Positions 27,134 through 37,367 of a stretch of 64,000 nt of DNA are shown here, in pieces. The translations under genes and the position numbers were made by a program. Every line of letters begins with the position of its first letter. Within the stretch, counting starts at the first letter, position 1. The notes beneath the pieces were generated by a model that searched no databases, was not told the origin of the DNA, and saw only the letters and a program-made list of their open reading frames with translations. The DNA comes from an uncultured delta proteobacterium. Lineage in GTDB: Bacteria; Myxococcota_A; Polyangia; Polyangiales; Polyangiaceae. The stretch spans positions 5,760,001 to 5,824,000 of the forward strand of contig CAWAIF010000003.1 in NCBI GenBank assembly GCA_963782055.1. The letters are read 5' to 3'.

Positions 27134-29025
27134 GATCCGTCGGCTCCCTGCTCGCGCTCGCGACCGCGGCGCTGGTGGCGTTCAGCTGCGCGCAGAGCAA
27201 CGGCAACGACGCCGGGACGGGCACCGACGCGGGCACCGTCGAGGTGGGGCCGTGCGGGCCGAACCAGCTCGTCAAGTGCGGGGACACCTGCGTCGACACG
27301 CGCAGCAACCCGGACGACTGCGGCGCGTGCGGCACCAAGTGCGACGTCGCCAAGGGCGAGGTCTGCTCCAAGGGCAAGTGCTCCGCGCAGTGCGGCGGCG
27401 GCCTGACGAGCTGCAGCGGCGCGTGCACCGCCGTCAAGAGCGACCCGAACAACTGCGGCAGCTGCGGCACCAAGTGCCCGGACGGCTTCGTCTGCTCCAC
27501 CGGGAGCTGCGCGGCCGCGTGCCAGCCAGGGCTGAGCGACTGCAACGGCTCCTGCTTCGACTTCCAGACCGACGACGACAACTGCGGCGGCTGCGGCAAC
27601 GTGTGCGGGGACGGCCAGACCTGCCAGAACGGGAGCTGCCAGGCGAGCTGCGGCGCCGGCATGGCGGCGTGCTCCGACGGCGACGCGGGCACCACCTGCG
27701 TGGACGTCTCGCACGACCCCGACCACTGCGGCGACTGCAACACCAAGTGCGCGCAGGGCGAGTTCTGCCAGCCCGGCGGGGATGGCGGCGTCGCGACCTG
27801 TCAGCTCGGGTGCTTCGGCGGCACGACCAAGTGCGGCAACGCGTGCGTCGATACCAACATCGACCCGGCCAACTGCGGCGGGTGCGGGCAGACCTGCAAC
27901 GGCACCTGCAGCGGCGGCCACTGCTGCCCCAACGGCCAGATGTACTGCGACGGCGCGTGCAACACGCTCCAGCAGTGCGCGCTGCTCGGCGGCGGTCGCA
28001 TCGCCGCGGGTTACCAGCACGCGTGCGCCATCACCAACGGCGGCCAGCTCAAGTGCTGGGGCCACGGCACCTACGGCCAGCTCGGCGACGGCAACGCGCA
28101 GGACTCCAGCACGCCGATCACCGTGTCGCTCAGCGGGGTGACCTCCGTCGGCGCGGGCTGGGACCACTCGTGCGCGGCGGCGAACGGGCTGGCGTACTGC
28201 TGGGGCGAGGGCAGCAACGGGGAGATCGGCGACGGGGCGGCGACCGAGCGGGACACCCCCACGCAGGTGCCCGGCCTGACCAACGTGACCGTCGTCGACG
28301 GCGGCTACGAGCACACGTGCGCCGTCGCCGGCGGCACGGTGTACTGCTGGGGCGACAACTTCTACGGCGACGTGGGCGACGGCACCACGACCGAGCGGGA
28401 CAGCCCGGTGTCCACCGGCGTCACCAACGCCACTGTCGTCCGGGGCGGCCTCGACTACATGAGCTGCGCCCTGCTCGCCGACGGCACCGGCAAGTGCTGG
28501 GGCAGCGACAACTACTACGGGCAGACGGGGGACGGCACCAACACCGAGCAGGACTCGCCGGTGAGCATCTCCGGCCTGACCAACGCCATCGGGCTCGCCG
28601 CGGGCGACTTTCACGGCTGCGCCGTCCTCGGTGGCGGCGGGGTGATGTGCTGGGGCGAAGACGACTACGGCCAGCTCGGCGATGGCACCACCAACGACAG
28701 CAACGTCCCGGTCACGGCCAACGTCTCCGGCGCCATCGCGGTCGCCACCGGGGCCAGCCACACCTGCGCGCTGCTCACCGGCGGCATGGTGCAGTGCTGG
28801 GGAGCGAACTACTACGGCCAGCTCGGCGACGGCACCGGCAACGACAGCGACACGCCGGTGACCGCCATCGCGAGCGGCGCCGTCGCCATCGCCGCGGGCG
28901 AGGACTTCAGCTGCGCCATGATGGGCTCCGGCAAGGTCATGTGCTGGGGCGACAACAGCTACGGCGCCCTCGGTGACGGCACCAACAACGAGCAGGACTC
29001 GCCGGTCGAGGTCGTCGGGTTCTGA
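27130..29025 (+). CDS. Cys-rich repeat lipoprotein with C-terminal RCC1-like beta-propeller
   Basis: Lipobox AFSC; D..NCG.CG repeats followed by repeated HxCA...CWG.N.YGQLGDG. Confidence 0.88.
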   Translation: MRSVGSLLALATAALVAFSCAQSNGNDAGTGTDAGTVEVGPCGPNQLVKCGDTCVDTRSNPDDCGACGTKCDVAKGEVCSKGKCSAQCGGGLTSCSGACTAVKSDPNNCGSCGTKCPDGFVCSTGSCAAACQPGLSDCNGSCFDFQTDDDNCGGCGNVCGDGQTCQNGSCQASCGAGMAACSDGDAGTTCVDVSHDPDHCGDCNTKCAQGEFCQPGGDGGVATCQLGCFGGTTKCGNACVDTNIDPANCGGCGQTCNGTCSGGHCCPNGQMYCDGACNTLQQCALLGGGRIAAGYQHACAITNGGQLKCWGHGTYGQLGDGNAQDSSTPITVSLSGVTSVGAGWDHSCAAANGLAYCWGEGSNGEIGDGAATERDTPTQVPGLTNVTVVDGGYEHTCAVAGGTVYCWGDNFYGDVGDGTTTERDSPVSTGVTNATVVRGGLDYMSCALLADGTGKCWGSDNYYGQTGDGTNTEQDSPVSISGLTNAIGLAAGDFHGCAVLGGGGVMCWGEDDYGQLGDGTTNDSNVPVTANVSGAIAVATGASHTCALLTGGMVQCWGANYYGQLGDGTGNDSDTPVTAIASGAVAIAAGEDFSCAMMGSGKVMCWGDNSYGALGDGTNNEQDSPVEVVGF

Positions 29026-29029
29026 CCCG

Positions 29030-30082
29030 TCACCTGGCGAGCACCGCCTCCGCCACCTCCTCGCCCGTCTGGTGGGCGAGGAGGATGCCGTTGCGGTGAT
29101 GGCCGGTCGCGAGGAAGAGGCCGGGCAGCGGTGAGGCGCCGACGAGGGGCGTCTCGGCGTGGGGGCGGAAGCTGCTCCACGCCGGGCCGACCTGCGCCGT
29201 CGCGAGCGCCGGGACGAGGGTCGTCGCGGTGCGCAGCACGGCGAGCAGGCCGCCGGCGGTGACCTCCCGGCGGAAGCCGACGAACTCCATCGTCGAGCCG
29301 CACACCACCCGGCCGTCGCCGCGCGGCACGACGTACCCGCCCGCGCCGAAGACGATGACGCGCGCACCGGGCGGGCGCTCCTCGAGCTGCACGAGCTGGC
29401 CGCGCGCCGGGCGCACCGGGGGGAGGGCGCTCGGCAGGCCGGCGACGAGCGACGACCAGCTCCCGGCGGCGAGGACGGTCGCGTCGGCGGCGAGCGGGCC
29501 GTCGTCCAGCACGACGCCCGCGCAGCGATCGCCCTCCACGTCCAGCCCCCGGACGGTGGCGCCGGAGCGGATGGTCACCCGGGGATCGTGCGCGAGGGCG
29601 GCGACGAGCGCCCGCAGCAACGCCGGCGGCTCCACCTGCGCGTCGTCGGGGAAGTAGGCGGCGGCCACGACCGACTCGGCCAGCGCGGGCTCCACCTCCC
29701 GCGCGCGCCGCGCGTCCAGCAGCTCGGCGCGCAGGCCGGCGCGCGTCTGGGCGGAGACCGCCTCCGCCACGCGGGCGGCGGCGGTTGGGTCGAAGGCGGC
29801 GTCCAGCACGCCGCAACGCTTGTATCCTACATCGATCCCCGTCCGGTCGCGGATGGCCTCGACCCAGGCCCCGTAGCCGTCCCGGGCGCGGACCAGCCGG
29901 TCGATCCCCGACGCGGCCCCGTGGCCCCCCTCGATCTGCGCGCCCAGGATGCCCGCGGCGGCGCTGGAGGCCTCCGCCCCCGGCACGGCGCGCTCGACCA
30001 GCACCACCTCCGCCCCGCGCGCGGCGAGGGAGAACGCGGTGGAGCAGCCCATGATCCCCGCCCCGACGATGATGACGCGCAT
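29030..30082 (-). CDS. thiO: Glycine oxidase ThiO / DAO-family FAD oxidoreductase
   Basis: GAGIMG, EASSAAAGIL, RGQL, GSTME, ATGHHRNGILLA. Confidence 0.8.
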   Translation of the reverse strand: MRVIIVGAGIMGCSTAFSLAARGAEVVLVERAVPGAEASSAAAGILGAQIEGGHGAASGIDRLVRARDGYGAWVEAIRDRTGIDVGYKRCGVLDAAFDPTAAARVAEAVSAQTRAGLRAELLDARRAREVEPALAESVVAAAYFPDDAQVEPPALLRALVAALAHDPRVTIRSGATVRGLDVEGDRCAGVVLDDGPLAADATVLAAGSWSSLVAGLPSALPPVRPARGQLVQLEERPPGARVIVFGAGGYVVPRGDGRVVCGSTMEFVGFRREVTAGGLLAVLRTATTLVPALATAQVGPAWSSFRPHAETPLVGASPLPGLFLATGHHRNGILLAHQTGEEVAEAVLAR

Positions 30083-30190
30083 GCCGGCGACCTACTCCGC
30101 CGCGGCGCGGCATGCAACGCGGCGGGAGCGACCGGGGCGAAGATCGATGCGGGCCCGCGTACGTACTGGAGGCAACTCCCGGAGGCCCTC

Positions 30191-32371
30191 ATGCATCGTC
30201 TCGCCGCCACCCTGCTCGCCATCTCCTTGTTCGCGGCTGCAGCCCCCGCCACCGCGCAGGTCGCGCCGCAGGACGTTTCGCCCCCGCCGCCGGCGGGATC
30301 GTGGGCCTCGCAGCTGGTGGACGTGGCCAACCTGATCAAGCCGGACGCGTCGGCGTGCACCACGCGCTGCTTCGTGCTCGACCGGCTGCACCTGACCGGG
30401 ACGCTGGCGAAGGGCGAGGTGGACTTCGAGCTGGAGGGCGGGGTGCTCGCCAGGGGCGCCTTCGACGTGCCGCTCTTCGGGCCGCCCGGGCGCGTCCGGC
30501 TGGAGAACGTGACCGAGAACGGCCACGCCGCCACCATCCTCTTCGAGGGCGACAACTACATGCTCCACACCGACGCGCGGCACTTCGTGCTCAAGGGCCG
30601 CGTGGCGCTCCCCGACGACCGCACGCTGGAGGTGGCGGGTCCGCTCAACACGCTGGACGCCGACATCCAGGGCGGGCGCCTCACCGAGGGCGCGCACCTC
30701 TCCGGCCTGCAAGGGGCGACGCTGCACTTCGACGCGGAGGGCGACAAGCCGGCCGCGCAGCCGACGGTCTTCTCCCTCGCGCGGGCGCTGCGCGTCGGGA
30801 AGCGCGTGGAGTTCGAGTACAAGCTGACGATGCAGTCGGGCAACGACCTGGGCGTCGTGCGGCTGCCACTGCGCTACGGCGAGAAGGTGGTCGACGTGGC
30901 GGGCGTCACCGGCTGGCGGGTGGAGGGCGAGGAGCTGGTGCTGCCGGTGAGCGGCAAGTCCGCCGACGTCACCATCTCCGGGCAGCTCGCCAACGTGGGG
31001 TCCTTCACGCCCGATCCGCGCTCGCCCTTCGAGTGGTGGCTGCTGGAGAGCGACGCGGAGCACCGCGTGCTGGCGACGGGCGACGCCAAGCAGCACGACT
31101 CCTCCGAGTCGCCCATCGCGCGGCGCGAGCCCAACTCGCGGCTCTTCCTGGTGAGCAAGGGCCAGCACCTGGACGTGACGGTGCAGACGCTCGCCAGCAT
31201 GGACGTGCTCGCCGCGGTGGTGCGCTCGCACAGCCGGATGGTGGTGCTCTCCACCGCGGGCGACGTGGTGGCGCAGGACACGCTCTCCTACGAGAACAGC
31301 GGCCTGGATTACCTGTATTTTACACCTGACGGCAAGCCGCTCTACCTGGCGACCGACGGCAGCTCGGAGCGGGTGATGCACAAGGAGGGGTCGGACGACG
31401 TGATGATCCCCCTGCGCATCGGCTCGCACAGCTTCACGACGCAGAGCATCGGCCAGCTCGGCTGGGGCAAGCTCTTCGGGACGGTGAGCTTCGCCGGACC
31501 GCGCTTCCCGCTCGCGACGGGCAGCGAGACGGTGACCGTCGGCCTGCCGGAGGCCATCCACCCGGTGGTGGTCACCGGCGGCGACCACACCCGCTGGCCC
31601 CTCCGCCCGCGCGACGGGCTGGCGCTGCTGCTGGCCGCCGGCGCGGCGATGCTCGCGCTGCGCGGCTGGCGCAAGCGCACCCTCGGCTTCGTGTCGCTCG
31701 GCGGGCTGTGGTTCCTCTCGCCGCCCCTCTTCGTGACCGGCTTCGTCGCGGCGGGCGCGCTCGGCGTCGGGATGCTGGTGCGCCGGCTGGAGGTCAAGCC
31801 GCGCCGCTGGGCCATCGCCGCGGCCGGCCTGGCGTTGATCGCGGTGGGCGTGCCGCTGCTCGCGATCTCCTTCAGCGCTTCGAAGAACGCGTCGGTGATC
31901 GGCGGACGCCTCCACGACGTGACCACCGGGCAGACTCCGGCGCAGGCCGTCGCGGGGGCCGAGGTCACCGACACCCCGGCGGACGAGGACGGGGCCAGGG
32001 ACAAGACCAAGATGGAGGCGTTCGCCCTCAACGGGAAGCTCGCGGAGACGCGCACCGGCAACTTCCAGGCCCAGATCGCCCACGCGGGGGTCATCGACGG
32101 CGTGCGGCCGGTGGCCTTCACCATGCCAGGCTATGCGCGGTCGGTGACCGTGTCGCGGGAGCTCGTCACGCCGGAGCGCCCCTTCGCGCCGCGCCTCTTC
32201 TACGTGACCGACGCCATGCTCGCCCTGCTGGCGCTCCTGTGGCTGGCCTCCGCGGGCGGCCTCGGCTGGATGCACCGGTTGCAGCTCGCCGCCCTCCGCG
32301 ACCGGCTGCGCGCCCTGATGACCGGCCCCAAGCCGGCCCCGGCCGCGCCCGCTCCCACGCCAGCGGAGTAG
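30191..32371 (+). CDS. Large exported/membrane protein of unknown function
   Basis: Signal peptide, beta-rich periplasmic region, several C-terminal TM helices. Confidence 0.7.
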   Translation: MHRLAATLLAISLFAAAAPATAQVAPQDVSPPPPAGSWASQLVDVANLIKPDASACTTRCFVLDRLHLTGTLAKGEVDFELEGGVLARGAFDVPLFGPPGRVRLENVTENGHAATILFEGDNYMLHTDARHFVLKGRVALPDDRTLEVAGPLNTLDADIQGGRLTEGAHLSGLQGATLHFDAEGDKPAAQPTVFSLARALRVGKRVEFEYKLTMQSGNDLGVVRLPLRYGEKVVDVAGVTGWRVEGEELVLPVSGKSADVTISGQLANVGSFTPDPRSPFEWWLLESDAEHRVLATGDAKQHDSSESPIARREPNSRLFLVSKGQHLDVTVQTLASMDVLAAVVRSHSRMVVLSTAGDVVAQDTLSYENSGLDYLYFTPDGKPLYLATDGSSERVMHKEGSDDVMIPLRIGSHSFTTQSIGQLGWGKLFGTVSFAGPRFPLATGSETVTVGLPEAIHPVVVTGGDHTRWPLRPRDGLALLLAAGAAMLALRGWRKRTLGFVSLGGLWFLSPPLFVTGFVAAGALGVGMLVRRLEVKPRRWAIAAAGLALIAVGVPLLAISFSASKNASVIGGRLHDVTTGQTPAQAVAGAEVTDTPADEDGARDKTKMEAFALNGKLAETRTGNFQAQIAHAGVIDGVRPVAFTMPGYARSVTVSRELVTPERPFAPRLFYVTDAMLALLALLWLASAGGLGWMHRLQLAALRDRLRALMTGPKPAPAAPAPTPAE

Positions 32372-32489
32372 GTCGCCCGAGCCGCGAGCCCCCTTTTCGG
32401 CCTCGGACCTCCGTCCGGGAACCCGGGGGCGGGTCGCGGTGTCGGACAGGGTGGCCGTGATAGTCTGCCACGGCGGTAGGTCCCCTCCC

Positions 32490-33158
32490 TTGCCCAGCCA
32501 GGTCTCCCAGCCCAGCACTGCCGAGCTCGATCCCCGGGCTCAGGATCAGGAAGAAGAGCTCGATCCGGAGCTCCTCGGCCTCCCCGATCCCCCGCGCAAG
32601 GAGCGGCGGCTGACCCTCGCGCTGCTGGCCGTCGCCGCCGTGGCGTCGGTCGCCATGGCCGCCTCCCTCACCCGGGACGCCGCCTACGCCTTCAGCCCGC
32701 CCAGCGCGGTGGACCTGGGGGACCTGCACAAGACCCCGACCGGCGCCTTCGCGAGCAACGAGTACGTGCAGGGCTTCGGCCTGCTCGGGGGCGCGGGCTC
32801 CATCCGCTACGAGCGCCCCTTCGAGAGCGACTCCTACCGCGTCGCCCCCGTCGCCGGCCGCCCGGACGTCTGGGTGGAGGTGCGCGTCCGCTCCGGCGAG
32901 GAGACCAACCGCTACATCCCACCGACGAGCTTCTCCGGGCGGCTGGTGCCCTTCGCCAAGGCGGGCCTGCGTCACCGCGGGCTGCGCTCCGCCATCAGCG
33001 ATCGCACCGGCGAGAAGGTCCCCGCCGAGGCCTGGCTGCTGGTGGACGGCGAGACGCCGGGCAACGCGCGCTGGGTGGCGGCGCTCTGGTTGATGTTCGT
33101 CGGCTTCGCCGTGTGGAACGCCTTCATCATCGCCAGGCTGGTTCGCCGCGTGCGCTGA
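32490..33158 (+). CDS. Hypothetical two-TM membrane protein
   Basis: N- and C-terminal TM helices around a soluble domain; start uncertain (32439 or 32490). Confidence 0.65.
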   Translation: MPSQVSQPSTAELDPRAQDQEEELDPELLGLPDPPRKERRLTLALLAVAAVASVAMAASLTRDAAYAFSPPSAVDLGDLHKTPTGAFASNEYVQGFGLLGGAGSIRYERPFESDSYRVAPVAGRPDVWVEVRVRSGEETNRYIPPTSFSGRLVPFAKAGLRHRGLRSAISDRTGEKVPAEAWLLVDGETPGNARWVAALWLMFVGFAVWNAFIIARLVRRVR

Positions 33159-33272
33159 CCGCGCGCGCCAGGCGCGGGCGCGACGGCATGACGTGCGGGC
33201 GTGTGGTTGGTTTTTGCTTCGCCCGAGCGGAACGGGTACCCTCCGCTGTCGGACCCCCAACCAGAGAAGACG

Positions 33273-33803
33273 ATGGCCGCCAACGTGGTTTGCCCGAGCT
33301 GCGGGTACAAGACGAACCCTCCTGGAAGCTCACGCTGCGTCTCGTGCGGCGCCAAGATCGAGCAGATCGGCAAGCTCCAGCGCACCCGCGAAGAGGAGCT
33401 CGCCCGCCGCTACCAGCAGGAGGGCGTGAGCATGATGTGGCTGGGCATCGCCCTGGTCGTCCAGGCCGTGCTCACCGCCGCGCTCGTCTTCGGGCTGCCC
33501 ATGGTCATCCCCGCCATCGACTTCGAGGGCGGCAACGGCATGACCATCTGCATCCCGGTGTGGTTCGTGGGCGGGCTGCTCGTCGGCATGATCTCGCCGG
33601 GCCGCACCTTCATCGAGCCGGTCGTGGCGAGCTTCGTGGTCGCCATCCCGACGACGTACCTGCTGGTGCAGAGCCAGACCGTCCGCACGATGCCGACGTT
33701 TCTCTACATCATCATGGCGGGCATCGGCGTGATGTTCACGCTCATCGGCGCGTACATCGGCGAGCGCATCCAGCTCGGCCCGCCCCCCAAGCCGGTGGAG
33801 TGA
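33273..33803 (+). CDS. Zinc-ribbon membrane protein
   Basis: CPSCG...CVSCG followed by four TM helices. Confidence 0.75.
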   Translation: MAANVVCPSCGYKTNPPGSSRCVSCGAKIEQIGKLQRTREEELARRYQQEGVSMMWLGIALVVQAVLTAALVFGLPMVIPAIDFEGGNGMTICIPVWFVGGLLVGMISPGRTFIEPVVASFVVAIPTTYLLVQSQTVRTMPTFLYIIMAGIGVMFTLIGAYIGERIQLGPPPKPVE

Positions 33804-33868
33804 CAGCCGGCGGAGGGCTCCGCCAGATCGCCCTCGGTCGTCACCCCGGTTGTCCGGGGTGCCCGCCC

Positions 33869-34225
33869 TCAGGCGTCCTTCTGATCCTTGACGCGCGCGG
33901 CCTTGCCGGACAGCCCGCGGAGGTAGAACAGCCGGCCCCGGCGCACCACGCCGCGGGAGACGACCTCCACCTTCTCGATGCGGGGGGAGTGCGCGAGGAA
34001 CACGCGCTCGACGCCGACGTTGAAGCTCACCTTGCGCACCGTGAAGGTGCTGCGGGCGCCCGCGCGGTGGCGCTTGATGACGACACCCTGGAAGACCTGG
34101 ATGCGGTCCTTGTCACCCTCGACGATGCGATAGTGAACGCGGACGGTGTCGCCCACGCGGAAGTCGGGCAGGGTGGAGCGAAGCTGGGCGCTCTCGATCT
34201 CGGCAATCTTCGGGTGGGTCTGCAT
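33869..34225 (-). CDS. rplS: 50S ribosomal protein L19
   Basis: [31 protein letters not shown]...[17 protein letters not shown]...[10 protein letters not shown]. Confidence 0.97.
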   Translation of the reverse strand: MQTHPKIAEIESAQLRSTLPDFRVGDTVRVHYRIVEGDKDRIQVFQGVVIKRHRAGARSTFTVRKVSFNVGVERVFLAHSPRIEKVEVVSRGVVRRGRLFYLRGLSGKAARVKDQKDA

Positions 34226-34394
34226 CGTCCCGACTCCTCGTGGCCCGCGGCGCGTAGCCAGGCGGGAATCTCGAATGGGCCGCGCTTTAAAGCACGCACC
34301 CCCCGGCCTGTCAACGCGCCGCGGCGAGGCGAGTTGGGTGGCTCGATGCGTGCTCCGGGCCCGCGCCGCGGAAAACGTGATACCACGCAGCGCC

Positions 34395-34859
34395 ATGGCA
34401 CTGAGAGTGGGTGATACGGCGCCGGACTTCGACGTCGAGGCGCATGACGGGCGGCGCATCGCGCTGAGCGAGTACCGGGGCAAGAAGAACGTCGTCCTGT
34501 ACTTCTACCCGAAGGATTTCACGACGGTCTGCACCAAGGAGGCCTGCGGCTTCCGCGACATCTACGAGGACCTTCAGGCCAGAGACACCGAGATCGTGGG
34601 CGTCTCCTTCGACGATGGCTCGACGCACGAGGCCTTCGCCAAGGAGCACCGGGTCCCCTTCCCCCTGGTGAGCGACACCAATCGCAGCCTGGCCGAGGCC
34701 TACGGCGCCCGGAGCTTCTTCCGGGACCTGCTGAAGGTCCCCAGCCGGGTGACCTTCCTCATCGACAAGCAGGGCAAGATCGCCGGGGTCTTCAAGGCGG
34801 AGCTGTCCGCGGACACGCACGTGGACGGCATCCGGAACGCCATCGCCGCCCTCGGCTGA
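34395..34859 (+). CDS. bcp: Peroxiredoxin, BCP/PrxQ family
   Basis: [20 protein letters not shown]. Confidence 0.9.
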   Translation: MALRVGDTAPDFDVEAHDGRRIALSEYRGKKNVVLYFYPKDFTTVCTKEACGFRDIYEDLQARDTEIVGVSFDDGSTHEAFAKEHRVPFPLVSDTNRSLAEAYGARSFFRDLLKVPSRVTFLIDKQGKIAGVFKAELSADTHVDGIRNAIAALG

Positions 34860-35100
34860 CCTCCGGGCCCCCCGCGCTACCCATGTCATCTCGCGGGGTT
34901 GAGCGGATCGTTGCCATGCGGACGGTGGCCGCTCCGGGTGAGCGGGAGGCTTGACCACCGGCGCAAATGGCGTATGTATCCGCCTCCTTTCGCCCGAAGG
35001 GCCAACCGGCGGTCGCGCTCCCGACCGCTCCCCACACCCCGGGGATGGCCTGGAGGGAACGCGTGCATTCTACAACCTTCCTGGAGCCACCGAGGATCCC

Positions 35101-35763
35101 ATGAATCAGAACCCCGGCGTCTACGGACGCAAGCTCGGCAACACCCAGATCTTCCGCGAGGACGGCTCCGTCGCCCGCGTGACGGTCATCGAGGCAGGCC
35201 CCATCACCGTCGTCAGCAAGCGAACGATGGAGAAGGACGGCTACTCGGCCCTCGTCCTCGGTCTGGAGGAGCGCAAGCCGAAGCACACCAACAAGCCGGT
35301 GGCGGGCCAGTTCAAGAAGGCCAACGTCACGCCCAAGCGCGTCCTCAAGGAGATCCGCGTCCCGGAGGCGTTCGCCGCCAAGTACGAGGCGGGGCAGACG
35401 CTGAAGCTGGATGACTTCTTCAAGCCCGGCCAGCTCGTCGACGCGCGCGGCACCAGCCGCGGCCGCGGCTTCACCGGCGTCGTCCGCCGCTACGGCTTCG
35501 CCGGCGCGGTGCAGACGCACGGCACGCACGAGTACCGCCGCCACGGCGGCTCCATCGGCACCAACATGACGCCGGGCCGCACCCTGCCCAACGTGCGCAT
35601 GAGCGGCCACTACGGCGATACCACGGTGTCGATGCTCAACATCAAGGTCGCCAAGGTCGACACCGAGAAGCACCTGCTGATGCTCGAGGGCGGCGTGCCC
35701 GGCGCCAAGGGCGGCCTGGTGCTCGTGCGCCACGCCGTGAAGACGCGCGCCAGGAAGGCCTGA
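35101..35763 (+). CDS. rplC: 50S ribosomal protein L3
   Basis: GRKLGNTQIF, DGYSAL, SRGRGFTGVVRR, THGTHEYRRHGGSIG, GGVPG. Confidence 0.96.
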   Translation: MNQNPGVYGRKLGNTQIFREDGSVARVTVIEAGPITVVSKRTMEKDGYSALVLGLEERKPKHTNKPVAGQFKKANVTPKRVLKEIRVPEAFAAKYEAGQTLKLDDFFKPGQLVDARGTSRGRGFTGVVRRYGFAGAVQTHGTHEYRRHGGSIGTNMTPGRTLPNVRMSGHYGDTTVSMLNIKVAKVDTEKHLLMLEGGVPGAKGGLVLVRHAVKTRARKA

Positions 35764-35780
35764 CCGGCAGGGGGGGCGCC

Positions 35781-36266
35781 GTGCCCATCGCCACGCTACG
35801 CATCGACGACGCGCTCTGGGAGGCGGCGAGCGCGCTGCGCCGCGAGGACTGGCGCCTCTCCATCATGGACCTGCTCGACAACGCGGCGCTCGGGGAGGAG
35901 GACGACCACCTGCTGCACCTCTCGCTGGAGCCGACGGCTGTCGTCTTCAGCGTCTTCGACGAGCAGGGCGCGCCGCGGGGCATCTACGAGGTCTCCCACG
36001 AGGCGCTGCGGCCTCAGCTCGAGGAGTACCTGGCGGTGATCCGGCGCATGCACGGCGAGGACACCAGCGACGGCTCGGCGCGCATGGAGGCGCTGGACAT
36101 GGCCAAGAAGGTCGTCCACGACGCCGGCGGGCGAGCCCTGCGCGGCGCCCTGCCCGACTTCGCCCCCGACCACGAGACCTACCGCCGCCTCTTCACCCTG
36201 GTGCTCGGCCTGCTCGTCGACGTCACCAAGATCCCCGGCGTCCACGCGCACCGCCGCCACATCTAG
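35781..36266 (+). CDS. UPF0262-family protein
   Basis: EYLAVIRRM...RMEALDMAKKVVHDAG...DHETYRRLFTLV. Confidence 0.7.
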   Translation: MPIATLRIDDALWEAASALRREDWRLSIMDLLDNAALGEEDDHLLHLSLEPTAVVFSVFDEQGAPRGIYEVSHEALRPQLEEYLAVIRRMHGEDTSDGSARMEALDMAKKVVHDAGGRALRGALPDFAPDHETYRRLFTLVLGLLVDVTKIPGVHAHRRHI

Positions 36267-36737
36267 CTCCCCCCTCGCTGGGGAGCTACTCCTCGCTGGT
36301 CCACACACGCGGACCGCGGGACCGCGCGCACGCCGGGGGCGGCTCGTCCCACTCCACCTCGATCACGATGCTCGCCATGCGCGGTCGTATGCGGCCGGGC
36401 ACCTCGGCGCGGGTATCGGGGCCAATGGCACGAAGCTCGAAGGGGTCGATGAGCGTCTGCATCACGTCACTCCTGAGTCCGGCGCGCTGCGCCGGCCGAC
36501 GTCCCGAAGGGCGCTTCAGGACAGATTTGCGGCGAGCCCGGGCCAGGCCGGGGAGTGGGCCCGACTCCGGGGTCGCCGGATGGAAGACAGAGCAAGGCTC
36601 GGGCCGAAGTGTGGCGACGCCAAAACCCCTGGAAACGGCGCTTCGTCGAGGCTTCACCTGGATCGCCGGTGGCTCAGGTACGCGCGCCCGTGATCCGGTA
36701 GGAAGTCGGGAGCGGATTGCCTAAGCTGGTGCGGTCC

Positions 36738-37367
36738 ATGGGCCGCCCCAATCCCTACAAGAAGCCCGATCGCTTCACCGTCGCGGCGAAGAAGGCGGGC
36801 TTCCCGGCGCGCAGCGTCTTCAAGCTGGAGGAGATCGACCGGCGCGCGCGGCTGCTGCGGCCCGGGCAGCGGGTGCTGGACCTGGGCGCGGCGCCGGGGA
36901 GCTGGGCGCTCTACGCGGCGCAGCGCATCGGCCGGCACGGCAAGCTGCTGGCGATGGACCTCAAGCCCCTGACCGTCGCCCTTCCCCCGCAGGCCACCTT
37001 CGTGCTGGGCGACGCCCTGGCCCTGGAGGACGGGGCACTCGCGGCCTTCGCCCCGTACGATGTGGTGCTGAGCGACATGGCCCCCAGCACCACCGGCAAC
37101 CGCTTCACCGATCAGACGCGCAGCCACGAGCTGTTCATGCGCGCGCTGGCGGTGGCCGTCGCGCTGGGCGCGAAGGGCGGCGCCTTCGTCGGGAAGATCT
37201 TCATGGGGGAGGATCTGCCGCTGGCGCGCGCCGAGCTGCGGAAGCACTACGCCAAGGAGCGGCTCATCCGGCCGGAGGGCACGCGCGCGGTGAGCTACGA
37301 GCTCTTCGTCATCGGCCTGGACAAGCGCGCCGACGCGACCCGGAGCGAGGAGGGGGGGAGCGCGTGA
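36738..37367 (+). CDS. rlmE: 23S rRNA (U2552-2'-O)-methyltransferase RlmE/FtsJ
   Basis: ARSVFKLEEID, LDLGAAPGSW, VLSDMAP, KIFMG. Confidence 0.92.
   Translation: MGRPNPYKKPDRFTVAAKKAGFPARSVFKLEEIDRRARLLRPGQRVLDLGAAPGSWALYAAQRIGRHGKLLAMDLKPLTVALPPQATFVLGDALALEDGALAAFAPYDVVLSDMAPSTTGNRFTDQTRSHELFMRALAVAVALGAKGGAFVGKIFMGEDLPLARAELRKHYAKERLIRPEGTRAVSYELFVIGLDKRADATRSEEGGSA

Noticed and set aside
29030..30082. Thiamine biosynthesis operon or TPP riboswitch
   Set aside because: No thiS/thiG adjacent and no TPP-box recognised; the ThiO-like gene is isolated
36286..36462. Short minus-strand ORF MQTLIDPFELRAIG...
   Set aside because: Could be real, but it has no recognisable motif and weak support, so it is not listed as a feature
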